From a virus (Duplodnaviria > Caudoviricetes), in IMG/VR virus record IMGVR_UViG_3300025276_000003, positions 1-58,993 of that record: DNA of 58,993 nt; one strand, given 5' to 3'. Position 1 is the stretch's first letter. Each line of letters starts with the position of its first letter. Position numbers and translations under genes: made by a program. Under the pieces are notes generated by a model that worked only from the letters and a program-made list of their open reading frames with translations, had not been told where the DNA came from and made no database searches. This document shows positions 46,772 through 56,051 of the stretch, in pieces.

Positions 46772-47926
46772 ATGGCAGGTTTAACTAACTCAGGATTTGT
46801 TCCTGAGACACTTTTGAATATAACAAGCCGCATTCAAGGTAAGCTAGAAGCTTTCAGTCCGGGGTTTGATTTCTCTCCAGAGTCTCCTGATGGACAGCTT
46901 GTAAGCATAATGTCTTACGAGCTATACACAGCATGGACACAGCTAGATCTGGTATACAATAGCTACAATCCAAACGCTGCAACTGGTGCGGCACTTCGTA
47001 ACTTAGGATTAATTACTGGCATACCTTACGGTGCTGCACAAAGATCTACAGCAACTATAGAGCTGCAAGGAGTTTCTGGAACCATAGTACCAAGGAACTC
47101 ACTAGTGTCTGACAATGATGGCAACCTGTTTCATGTAGTGTTCGACACTACCATACCAAGCAATGCTCAGGTAATGTCAGAGGTAGCAGGAGCTTTACCA
47201 GTAGTCAGTGGATCACTTACCACTATTGTAACAGCCCTAGTTGGTTGGACAGGAATTACTCAGACAACTAATGGAACTCTTGGAAGCAAGGCACAAACTT
47301 CGACACAGTACAGAAACCTAAGACAGGCAACTGTTGTTAGGAACTACACTTCCGTAGTTGACACACTGACTGCAAGAGTTGTCGAGCTTGGCATAGAGCA
47401 AGTCTCTGTTGTAAATAACGATGACCCGGCAGTCACTCACCCTGATGGGACTCCACCTAACACTATACATGTAACTATAGGTGAGGTTGGTAGTGTGACA
47501 GACGCAGACATTGCTCAGGTAATACTTAACACTAAGCCACTAGGATGTCCTACATACTTGCACCCAACTACTGGTGTGTCTGAAACAGTGCTAGACAGCC
47601 AAGGCGTGTCACACACAATCAATTTTAGTAAGGCAGTAGAAGTGCCAATCGACATCTCTGTTAACATTACTTATCTTTCTCTTGATAATGCTGGTGCAGA
47701 AACTGAGATTAAGAACGCACTGGTCGCGCATATTAACAGCCTACTAGCAGGTGAAGATGTTATATGGTCAAGACTGTTCAGCCTAGTCACACCTTACGGT
47801 AAGGCTCAGATCAATAGCTTAACTGTAGGAAGGGTTGGAGGTAGTTTAACTGCTGGCAACGTAGTACTTACAGATGGTGAGTTTGCTTCTCAGTCTCTAG
47901 TTGACGTTGAAGTAGTGGTGGTGTAG
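46772..47926 (+). CDS. Baseplate J-like wedge protein
   Basis: GLT..GF, SPDGQL, P..ATG.AL; size and synteny. Confidence 0.85.
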   Translation: MAGLTNSGFVPETLLNITSRIQGKLEAFSPGFDFSPESPDGQLVSIMSYELYTAWTQLDLVYNSYNPNAATGAALRNLGLITGIPYGAAQRSTATIELQGVSGTIVPRNSLVSDNDGNLFHVVFDTTIPSNAQVMSEVAGALPVVSGSLTTIVTALVGWTGITQTTNGTLGSKAQTSTQYRNLRQATVVRNYTSVVDTLTARVVELGIEQVSVVNNDDPAVTHPDGTPPNTIHVTIGEVGSVTDADIAQVILNTKPLGCPTYLHPTTGVSETVLDSQGVSHTINFSKAVEVPIDISVNITYLSLDNAGAETEIKNALVAHINSLLAGEDVIWSRLFSLVTPYGKAQINSLTVGRVGGSLTAGNVVLTDGEFASQSLVDVEVVVV

Positions 47927-48568
47927 ATGAGTTTAATATACCCACCAATAGCAGACCCTGCTAGTAGCAGCAAGGGTACTGACACAATGGACAGTATGCT
48001 GCTGATGCAATACAGAAACAAGCCAAACTTGCGAGAGTATATGCTAGCCTACATAAGTGAGATGGATCTACTGTTGAATCAGGTTGAGGAAGTGTACACT
48101 GGCAGGTTTATACACAATGCTGTAGGTGCTCAACTGGATGTTATAGGAGTAATACTAGATCAATTAAGAAACGTAGAGTTAGACAAAAATTGGTTTGGTT
48201 TTGAATATGCACTTAATGTAAAAAAGATGGCAGATGAAGCAACACCAGAAGACGGAGGTTACTTCAGAGGTGAAGAGCTAGATGGGTTTATAACTTTCCC
48301 ACTAGATGACGTTGTCTACAGGAGGCTTCTACTTGCTAAGGCTCAACTTCTGTGCAGGAGTTCTGTGGATATAAATACAGCCTACTTCGTAACCTCAATC
48401 ATACTTGGAAAAGTACCGGAGACAATGACTATAGAACTGGTAAATCCAAGGCACATGCAATTAGAGGTGTCTGCTTCTGATGTGGCAGCAATAGACCTAG
48501 CCCTTGTAAACTACTTGGGACAATACTTTGTTCCAATGGGAACTACATTCTCCACAGTGAGAGTTTAA
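47927..48568 (+). CDS. Baseplate wedge protein (DUF2612-like)
   Basis: QY...P.L, AVGAQLDVIG, LDD..YR.LL.AK. Confidence 0.8.
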   Translation: MSLIYPPIADPASSSKGTDTMDSMLLMQYRNKPNLREYMLAYISEMDLLLNQVEEVYTGRFIHNAVGAQLDVIGVILDQLRNVELDKNWFGFEYALNVKKMADEATPEDGGYFRGEELDGFITFPLDDVVYRRLLLAKAQLLCRSSVDINTAYFVTSIILGKVPETMTIELVNPRHMQLEVSASDVAAIDLALVNYLGQYFVPMGTTFSTVRV

Positions 48569-48578
48569 GGAATTAAAA

Positions 48579-50315
48579 ATGACAGATCAAACTAATTTAG
48601 ATTTAATCTGGGCATCATCCGGAGGCGTAACCGATCCGGGAGATACTAAGTATGCAACTGGTTGGGTATCTGAAATACCTTCGTACCAGAACTTTAACTT
48701 TGTATTGCAAGCCATGTCCAGCAACATCCTATCTCTTGCTGAGAAAGGAACTTACAACTGGGAAGCTGGCATAGATTACGAAGTGGGAGCAAGCGTAACT
48801 GAGTCCGGCGAGAAATTTTACTGCATAACAAGCAACCTAGGAAACGCCCCAAGTACTGACACAACTTCGTCGTACTGGATCAAAACCCCATTCTATGGAG
48901 TTCCTTCTGGAGCACCCAAGAAAGAACAGGGACTGGCATTAAGACAAGTAAACTCAAGGACTGGGACTAGTTGGACATCCTCTGACATAACCATAGACAA
49001 CGAGCAAGCTTTGATTCAACTGAACACAGCTAATGCAGGTCAGACTAACTGGCTTCTTGGTAACGTGTCTGGATCACTAGTAGCTGTAGATGCTGGAACT
49101 AGTGTTACTGCTGACGGCAGGTCTCTTGTACCTAGCACAACTTATAGCCACAAAATATTTCATGAAGGTAATTTACCAACAGCAAGTCAGATAAGTGGAG
49201 TTGTGGAAGAGGCTCCAATTGATGGCATGATCTATGGCAGAAATAATGAGCAGTGGATTGCAGTAGTAACAACTTCTGTAAGTAATGAACCACCTCCCGC
49301 TAGCGTTGGTGCTGGTACTGGTTGGTACAACCTAGCTGATGGTCACATGTACATTGACATAAATGATGGTGACAGCTCACAGTGGGTTCCTGCTAATCCT
49401 CCACAAGTTGTTGAGGGTACTGGATCTGGTGGAAGTGTTGGTCCAATACAGACAGAAGAAATTATTCTTACTGCTGGACAGACCAGCGTAGTGTTTTCAG
49501 AGTACTCAACTGAGAATTCATCTTTCTACATTAGTGGTGTGAATGTAGATTCTGGAAGACTTCCAAGCTCAGCCTTTACAGTAGTTGATGCAAGCGAGAT
49601 AACACTTACTGAGTCTTATCCAGCGGGTACTGAATTAAAGCTAGTACGCAATGAAGTGGTAGGTGAGCAGCCCGGTGTTGCATCAGAAGTAGTATCACTT
49701 ACTTCAGGTCAAAGTACTGTAGTGTTTACTAATCAGACTACAAACGGTGCTGGCTTCTACTTAAGCGGCCTAAGCGTAGACTCTGGCAGACTGTCTAGTA
49801 TAGACTACTATGTTATAGATGAAAATTCTATAGAGTTGTACCAGTCATATCCAGCAGGTACTACTGTTACCTTGCTTCGTGATACTGCTGTTGGTTCTCC
49901 CGTTCCTTCTTCAACAATGTATCAAGACAGATACCTGTTTACTGATACAGACGTAACAGTGGGTGGTGGCTCTACAGTAATAACACTTAGGAATCAAAAT
50001 TATCCGGGTACAAACCTACTTAGCTTGTATCTCAATGGTGTTAGGCAGGCAGTCAATTATGACTACACAGAGACAAGCACTCAAGTAACTATACCTGTTG
50101 AGATAGTGTCAGTAGATGTTGTAGATATTAGTACAGGCATACTTGCAGGAACTGGTGAGGTTACTGTATCCCTACTATCTTCGGGAGTTGGTAGTCCAGA
50201 GGGAGTTGTTACTGCCATAGTTGGTAGTATGTACACTGATACAACTGGTGGTGTTGGTACTACTTTGTATATAAAAGAAACAGGTTCAAGCAGTACTGGA
50301 TGGTCTGCCAAATAA
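48579..50315 (+). CDS. Baseplate-anchored tail fibre/receptor-binding hub
   Basis: N-terminal WA.SG...PG..KY..GW..P.YQNFN anchor; two ~75-aa internal repeats; C-terminal GSPEG..GSMYTD..GTTLYIKE..GW.AK module. Confidence 0.75.
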   Translation: MTDQTNLDLIWASSGGVTDPGDTKYATGWVSEIPSYQNFNFVLQAMSSNILSLAEKGTYNWEAGIDYEVGASVTESGEKFYCITSNLGNAPSTDTTSSYWIKTPFYGVPSGAPKKEQGLALRQVNSRTGTSWTSSDITIDNEQALIQLNTANAGQTNWLLGNVSGSLVAVDAGTSVTADGRSLVPSTTYSHKIFHEGNLPTASQISGVVEEAPIDGMIYGRNNEQWIAVVTTSVSNEPPPASVGAGTGWYNLADGHMYIDINDGDSSQWVPANPPQVVEGTGSGGSVGPIQTEEIILTAGQTSVVFSEYSTENSSFYISGVNVDSGRLPSSAFTVVDASEITLTESYPAGTELKLVRNEVVGEQPGVASEVVSLTSGQSTVVFTNQTTNGAGFYLSGLSVDSGRLSSIDYYVIDENSIELYQSYPAGTTVTLLRDTAVGSPVPSSTMYQDRYLFTDTDVTVGGGSTVITLRNQNYPGTNLLSLYLNGVRQAVNYDYTETSTQVTIPVEIVSVDVVDISTGILAGTGEVTVSLLSSGVGSPEGVVTAIVGSMYTDTTGGVGTTLYIKETGSSSTGWSAK

Positions 50316-50330
50316 TTAGGAGTAAGTACA

Positions 50331-53300
50331 ATGGTTACAAAAGTAAGAGGATCAGTGGTACTTCCGGGTTCCGCAGTAACAGAGGTCCAAGAAGAAGTTC
50401 TGTCTCATTGGACGTATGATGACAGCAGTCGTAGGCTAGTGTCTGACAAAGCAATAGAAACAACACTAAACTCCCTGTACTTGGGGGAGCAACATAAGAT
50501 GTCTTCTGGCTCAGAGAACATCTACTTCACTAACTTAACTAGCGACATTAACTTCTTCCCTATGTGGGGCGGGTTAAAAGACCAAAGCATTACAGCTAAC
50601 AGAGACGGTTCAGGATTTATACCTCCCAGCGGGCGTGTGTATTCGGATATGTTTTCACTGCCTCTTGGTGGTTCTCCTGATCCACTTACTTCTGTAGGCT
50701 ATGCAGGTAATAACTACTTCGGTATTAACATCTCTGGTTTAGGTATTACTACAGTTGCGGCTGAAGAAGTTGGCACAGACGTTAGGCTTGAGTACCGCAT
50801 TACTATTTCGGGTCGTCAGGTGTATATGCAAGAGCTACCTCGAAGTGGAAGTCGATCCTCTGCTGGGTCGGTGATTTACCCAAATGACACTATTGAGTGG
50901 TTCTTTGATCATCCTGTAGATGTACACGCAGGTACTACACTGTTTGCTGAAATTCATAAAGTACGTAACTCTGATGATGTTGACTTAGGTGTATTCCAAG
51001 TTCGTCAAGGTGATACTGTTGATCCCAACACGGGTCTGCTACGTTACCAAGCAACAGTCCACAACCGACTGTACGAAGACAAAGACTTGGAGCTTATCTC
51101 TCCTTATGTAAAATACAAAGCTATGGACTTTGGTCTGGACTCTACTGGATCTACAATACTCTTAAGAGATTTATCTTTAGGAGCTGAAAGCCTGTTAGTA
51201 CCTCATGCAGTAAACACACTAGAGGCAATTGCAAACGGCACGGAGATAAAAATTAAAATCAAAGGCGGAGCTAAGATAATAGTTGAGTCTTTGCCAGTAA
51301 ACGCTGTGAGCATAAACGGATCTTTTGTAAACGCAGTGTTGAACCAAGCTGTAACTCAGCTGAATGAAATATTTACAAACACTTCGGGCTTTGCCTCAGA
51401 TGACACTTTTGTAAATTCTTTTACTTTAAGCGGCAATGACTTAACTTTGGGACTGAATGATGGGACATCATACACAACAGATATAACTAGCTTAGGGGTA
51501 GACGAAAACAACTTTGTGGCTTCAGGATCTTTGAATGGTTCTGACTTAACACTCACAATGGCAGATGCTACCACGGTTACTATTGATGCTTCAAGTCTGG
51601 CCTTAGATACAAACGACATAGTAGAGAGCGGAGTAATTAACGGAAGTGACTTAGAGCTTACACTTAGCAATGCCTCTGTAATTACTATAGATGTTTCATC
51701 TTTATCTGTAGACACTACTCTGTATGTTGAGAGTGGTGCCTTAAGCGGCAGTGACTTGATACTTACTATGAGTGATGCTTCAACTGTAACGATAGACGCT
51801 TCAAGTTTATCAGTAGACACAGACACCACAATAACAGGTGGTGAAGTCAGTGGAACTAATATACTACTAGATGTTAGTGATGGGTCAACTCTAACCATAG
51901 ACGCATCTACTTTAGGTGGTTCGGGCAGTTCAGGCAATCCTGTAGTAAGTGGCTCAGTAGTAGGTACTGACTTAGTGCTAGTTTTAGATGATGCTACTCA
52001 GATTACTATAGACGCTTCAAATATGATTAACGGCTCTACAAACTTTTCTAGTCCTGATTGGTACTACAGTTATGGAGATAGAGCTAATGAGAGCGTGAAC
52101 AATACCATTAGTGATTCAAGTTTAGGTATAGCACCAAGAGCTCCCTTTTACTTTGGTACATCTTTAGAAAGAGGTACAGAGTTTAGATGGAACTTCAACA
52201 ATAACAAAGCCTTTGTATTGGGTATATGGGATGGGGCGACACACAATCACTCAGGTACTCACAACTCTAAACAGCAAGTAAACTGGTCTACGGGCTTCTG
52301 GCGTGATACTAGTGGATTTAGAGTGGGTAGCAACACAACACTTACAAACACTACAACTTCTAGTAGATACGTACCTAGCTTTGGTGCTGCTCTAGCGCTT
52401 AGATTCCTAAATAACGGACACCTAGTACTCGTGGACTTAAGCGGAACTGCTGAGGTAGAGATAGCTAAAACAACTAATGCCTTAGTAGCTGATTCTTTTC
52501 AGTTACAATTAGGGTGTGACGCTCAGTTTATATTTCCGCAATTTGTAAGCTCAGAGTCTGAAAACCTTTGGGAGATTGTACACGACTACAACAATGTTGA
52601 AAACGGTATTCTTAACGGTGTGTTAGATCATACAGTTATAAAGAGCGGTATATCTATTGTGAAGGGTGAGAAGATGTTATTTATGTTGGACTACGTAGGT
52701 AACGGAGACAACTTCGGTACAGGGTATACCAACGCAGCTACGGGAGTTGTTACAGCAGAAGACCAACTATTAAATCATTTTAAATATCAAACTAACGAAG
52801 CTATGGTGTTTACTCAAGGTGGTGCAAATGATTGGGTAATGAGCACAGGAGCTGACGGCTATTTCTTTGCAGCTAACTTAGACCAATATCGTAATGGTGG
52901 GGGTTCAGGAACTGTACAAGGTATGTTTTCTTTAAGGTTTAACAATGACGGTAAACTTACTATCTATGACGAAGACGCAGGCCAAAAAGTAGCAACGGCT
53001 AAGTCAGACCCTGCAGAAGGTAGTTCGGTGCATTTGTATATGGGTGTAAGAGGTAATAGAACGTATTCTAAAATTCCTGTCATATCTAAACAATCACTAA
53101 GTCAAAGTAATCAGCCTAACATAAACTACGTTCCTGTGGTGGCAGATCAAACAGCTTCAGTAGAAGAGGCAGGTGTACTGAACTTTCAGGTTATAAGTTC
53201 TGATAACATAGTAAATCAGTTTGTTGAGGTTGATGCTCCTAGTTGGCTAACAATGAATCAAAACAGTGGTGTACTTAGTGGTACTGCTCCTGCATTCTTA

Positions 53301-54155
53301 GGCACAAGTGCTGACACTGTAGTAGTTACTTGTAAGGCAGGTAATGCTATTGGTGGTACTGTAGACTTTACTGTGACTGTATCTATTACTGAAGAGGCTG
53401 GTAGTTATACAAATGCCAAGTCTTTACAGTTTAATGGATCTAGTACCTTTCTGCAAGGCAACGCTACTGTTATGAATGCTATGGATAGGTCTTCAAATGG
53501 AGATGGAAATGCCTGGACTCTTAGTATGTGGTTCAAGCCTTCATCTAGTACGGCCACACAGACCCTGTTTAACTACGGTCAAGGTAGTGGTACGTCTACT
53601 GGTGCAATTACTTTGCATCAAACTGGAGGCAATCACATTACACTTCAATATGGTACGGTACACAATAAGATAGTTATTGCAGCTCTAAGCTGCTTGACTG
53701 TTGGATCTTGGAATCACTTGGTTGTTACTTTTGACGGAGGAACAACTGGGTCATCTCAGTCTGACCTTTCCGACTACTACAGTAGGTTTTCTATTGCGGT
53801 TGATGGTGCTCTTGTATCTCAGGCTGGCTCACATAGCAACTACGGATACGTTGGAGTGTTAAATGGTAATGACACAAGTGACAACATATTCAGAGTAGGT
53901 AAAGATAACAATGTTTATAACAACTATTCTGATAGTGTGATTAACCAAGTAGCTATCTGGAACAGTGATGAGACTTCTAACTTGGCTGCCATATATAATG
54001 GCGGAGCAACTCAAGACTTAAGCTTACTAAGTTCAGCTCCTACTCACTATTACGAAATAGAAAACAGTGTAACAACTATTTCTGATGTGTCAGGTAATGC
54101 TCATCTTACGGGCTACAACTTTACTAGTTCAGACTTAGTTACGGATACACCTTAA
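50331..54155 (+). CDS. Giant virion adhesin: six ~35-aa repeats, Ig/cadherin-like domain and LamG/ConA lectin domain
   Basis: Repeats of type V.SG.L.GSDL.LT.SDA.T.TIDASSL; APSWLT.NQNSGVLSGTAP; WTLSMWFKP, WNHLVVTFDG, INQVAIWN. Confidence 0.7.
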   Translation: MVTKVRGSVVLPGSAVTEVQEEVLSHWTYDDSSRRLVSDKAIETTLNSLYLGEQHKMSSGSENIYFTNLTSDINFFPMWGGLKDQSITANRDGSGFIPPSGRVYSDMFSLPLGGSPDPLTSVGYAGNNYFGINISGLGITTVAAEEVGTDVRLEYRITISGRQVYMQELPRSGSRSSAGSVIYPNDTIEWFFDHPVDVHAGTTLFAEIHKVRNSDDVDLGVFQVRQGDTVDPNTGLLRYQATVHNRLYEDKDLELISPYVKYKAMDFGLDSTGSTILLRDLSLGAESLLVPHAVNTLEAIANGTEIKIKIKGGAKIIVESLPVNAVSINGSFVNAVLNQAVTQLNEIFTNTSGFASDDTFVNSFTLSGNDLTLGLNDGTSYTTDITSLGVDENNFVASGSLNGSDLTLTMADATTVTIDASSLALDTNDIVESGVINGSDLELTLSNASVITIDVSSLSVDTTLYVESGALSGSDLILTMSDASTVTIDASSLSVDTDTTITGGEVSGTNILLDVSDGSTLTIDASTLGGSGSSGNPVVSGSVVGTDLVLVLDDATQITIDASNMINGSTNFSSPDWYYSYGDRANESVNNTISDSSLGIAPRAPFYFGTSLERGTEFRWNFNNNKAFVLGIWDGATHNHSGTHNSKQQVNWSTGFWRDTSGFRVGSNTTLTNTTTSSRYVPSFGAALALRFLNNGHLVLVDLSGTAEVEIAKTTNALVADSFQLQLGCDAQFIFPQFVSSESENLWEIVHDYNNVENGILNGVLDHTVIKSGISIVKGEKMLFMLDYVGNGDNFGTGYTNAATGVVTAEDQLLNHFKYQTNEAMVFTQGGANDWVMSTGADGYFFAANLDQYRNGGGSGTVQGMFSLRFNNDGKLTIYDEDAGQKVATAKSDPAEGSSVHLYMGVRGNRTYSKIPVISKQSLSQSNQPNINYVPVVADQTASVEEAGVLNFQVISSDNIVNQFVEVDAPSWLTMNQNSGVLSGTAPAFLGTSADTVVVTCKAGNAIGGTVDFTVTVSITEEAGSYTNAKSLQFNGSSTFLQGNATVMNAMDRSSNGDGNAWTLSMWFKPSSSTATQTLFNYGQGSGTSTGAITLHQTGGNHITLQYGTVHNKIVIAALSCLTVGSWNHLVVTFDGGTTGSSQSDLSDYYSRFSIAVDGALVSQAGSHSNYGYVGVLNGNDTSDNIFRVGKDNNVYNNYSDSVINQVAIWNSDETSNLAAIYNGGATQDLSLLSSAPTHYYEIENSVTTISDVSGNAHLTGYNFTSSDLVTDTP

Positions 54156-54162
54156 AAACATC

Positions 54163-54183
54163 CCCCGCTACGGCGGGGTTTTT
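54163..54183 (+). terminator. Rho-independent terminator with a UACG tetraloop
   Basis: CCCCGC-TACG-GCGGGG followed by TTTTT. Confidence 0.85.
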
Positions 54184-54203
54184 AAAATATTTGGAGTTAC
54201 TAA

Positions 54204-56051
54204 ATGATATTTGAAACAGTAGCAAAAATGAAACTGGCTAAGCTAACCGCTGGCCAGATCATCAGAACCAAAGGTTACTATGTGACTGGTGATGGTGGTG
54301 GGGCAAGCTACTTAGTGGCGGCTTCACAGGCGGTTGATGGCTACGGAGATCACGTTCTAGCTGGTGGCACAGTTGCCCTATTACAGACTGGAGGTCTCGC
54401 CAACGTTAAACAGTATGGTGCTAAGAGTGATGGTACTACTGACGCTACTACTGCTATACAGGCAGCACTGGACACAACCTCTACGGAAATACACTTACCT
54501 GATGGCACTTACCGCATAGCTAGTGCCACAACATCCCCAGCTCTGACTAGCTCTGTTGCTGATCGTCGTATATACGGGACAGGTGTTATTACCGCTACAG
54601 ACCAAGTCAAGAAAGCCATACAAGTAACTGGTGCAAACACCGTTATAGATGGTCTTCACATTGACGGAAATAACTTTATAGGGTACGCCATCGAGATGGC
54701 TTCCTTAAACCCCACGGTTAGGGACTGCTACATTCACGACCTCAACGGTTTTAATAACTGGGGTGGTATCGCTATTCGACTGGACTTTGACGGCTTAGAT
54801 ACGTCAGCACTTGTCTGCAACAATGTTATCAAGAATCTGCAAGGTGTTGGTGACAGTACTGGTGGTAACGGTGTCGGAATGCAGAGGGCTATTGCCCACG
54901 AAACTGACCAAGATTGTACAAAGCAGATCTTCATCACAGGTAACGTGATTGAAGATGTTATGGGAGAAGAAGGAGATTCAATTGTTATCGCGGGTGGTAC
55001 TGCTGCTGATACAAAGTTTGTCCCCGCTGTTATTTCTAACAACACAATTAACGGCTGGTCACGAAGAGGGATTAAGATTGCGGCTAATGGAGTGACCATT
55101 TCCGGAAACTTTATGACTAACCCACTGTTGGTTACTCTTGCTTCACTGCAACGAGCTATTGACTGTACTTCAGCGTCTAATCTTGTTATTAAAGATAACG
55201 TACTAAAAGAGTGTAGGTTCCAGCTTCAGATCGCTGTCTACTTAAACTCTCCACAAGTTGGTAACGACATTGTTGTCAGCGGCAATGTAATCGAAGGAAC
55301 AGGGGCTACAGGGTCTTCCGGTCTTATTGCCATAAGAACTTACGGAACAGATGTTGTTGTTGAAGGGAATACGATTAGTTGGCCTGACCACGGTACTCGC
55401 GGAATAGAAGTACGAGAAACAGTAGGTGTCAGGGTTGTGTCCAATATTGTAGATGTCGGCGCAACGGCTTGGTCCCTCTTCACTAACTCCACAGACGTAA
55501 AGTTAGGCAACAACTTTAACCAAGACGGTGGTGACTTCCTTTCGTTCTATGATCCAACTGGATCGTTAGTCGTAGATACGACAGAAGGTAATAGAGAGAT
55601 ATTGCTTGACAACACAGACACTGTTCTTTCATCTAATGAAACAATAGCAAAGATATCTTCAAAGCAGAACGACAACAGCACAGGCGCAGTATACAGCTCA
55701 ATTCGTTTTGTGGCTGAAGGATCAAGCGGCAATACAGCCTTAGCATTTCACACGGGCAGTGCAGGCACACCTGATACAGAAAAGGCGAGAATTAGCAACA
55801 GCGGAAGGTTTATACCCGGTGCGGATAACACTTACCCTTTAGGGTGGACAACAAGCCGATGGTCTTCAGCTTTTGTTGAGACACTTAGACCCGGAGTTGG
55901 TACATCTTTGTGGACTTCAGGTGCAGGTACACCGGAGGGTTCAAAGACAGCACCCGTAGGGAGTATGTACACGGACACATCTGGTGGAGCAGGTACTACT
56001 TTATATATTAAAGAATCTGGCACCAGTAATACAGGATGGGTAGCTAAATGA
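54204..56051 (+). CDS. Tailspike 1, beta-helix depolymerase (complete copy)
   Basis: Shared N-terminal module, VKQYGAKSDGTTD, LPDGTYRI, beta-helix rungs, C-terminal GTPEG..GWVAK module. Confidence 0.85.
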   Translation: MIFETVAKMKLAKLTAGQIIRTKGYYVTGDGGGASYLVAASQAVDGYGDHVLAGGTVALLQTGGLANVKQYGAKSDGTTDATTAIQAALDTTSTEIHLPDGTYRIASATTSPALTSSVADRRIYGTGVITATDQVKKAIQVTGANTVIDGLHIDGNNFIGYAIEMASLNPTVRDCYIHDLNGFNNWGGIAIRLDFDGLDTSALVCNNVIKNLQGVGDSTGGNGVGMQRAIAHETDQDCTKQIFITGNVIEDVMGEEGDSIVIAGGTAADTKFVPAVISNNTINGWSRRGIKIAANGVTISGNFMTNPLLVTLASLQRAIDCTSASNLVIKDNVLKECRFQLQIAVYLNSPQVGNDIVVSGNVIEGTGATGSSGLIAIRTYGTDVVVEGNTISWPDHGTRGIEVRETVGVRVVSNIVDVGATAWSLFTNSTDVKLGNNFNQDGGDFLSFYDPTGSLVVDTTEGNREILLDNTDTVLSSNETIAKISSKQNDNSTGAVYSSIRFVAEGSSGNTALAFHTGSAGTPDTEKARISNSGRFIPGADNTYPLGWTTSRWSSAFVETLRPGVGTSLWTSGAGTPEGSKTAPVGSMYTDTSGGAGTTLYIKESGTSNTGWVAK

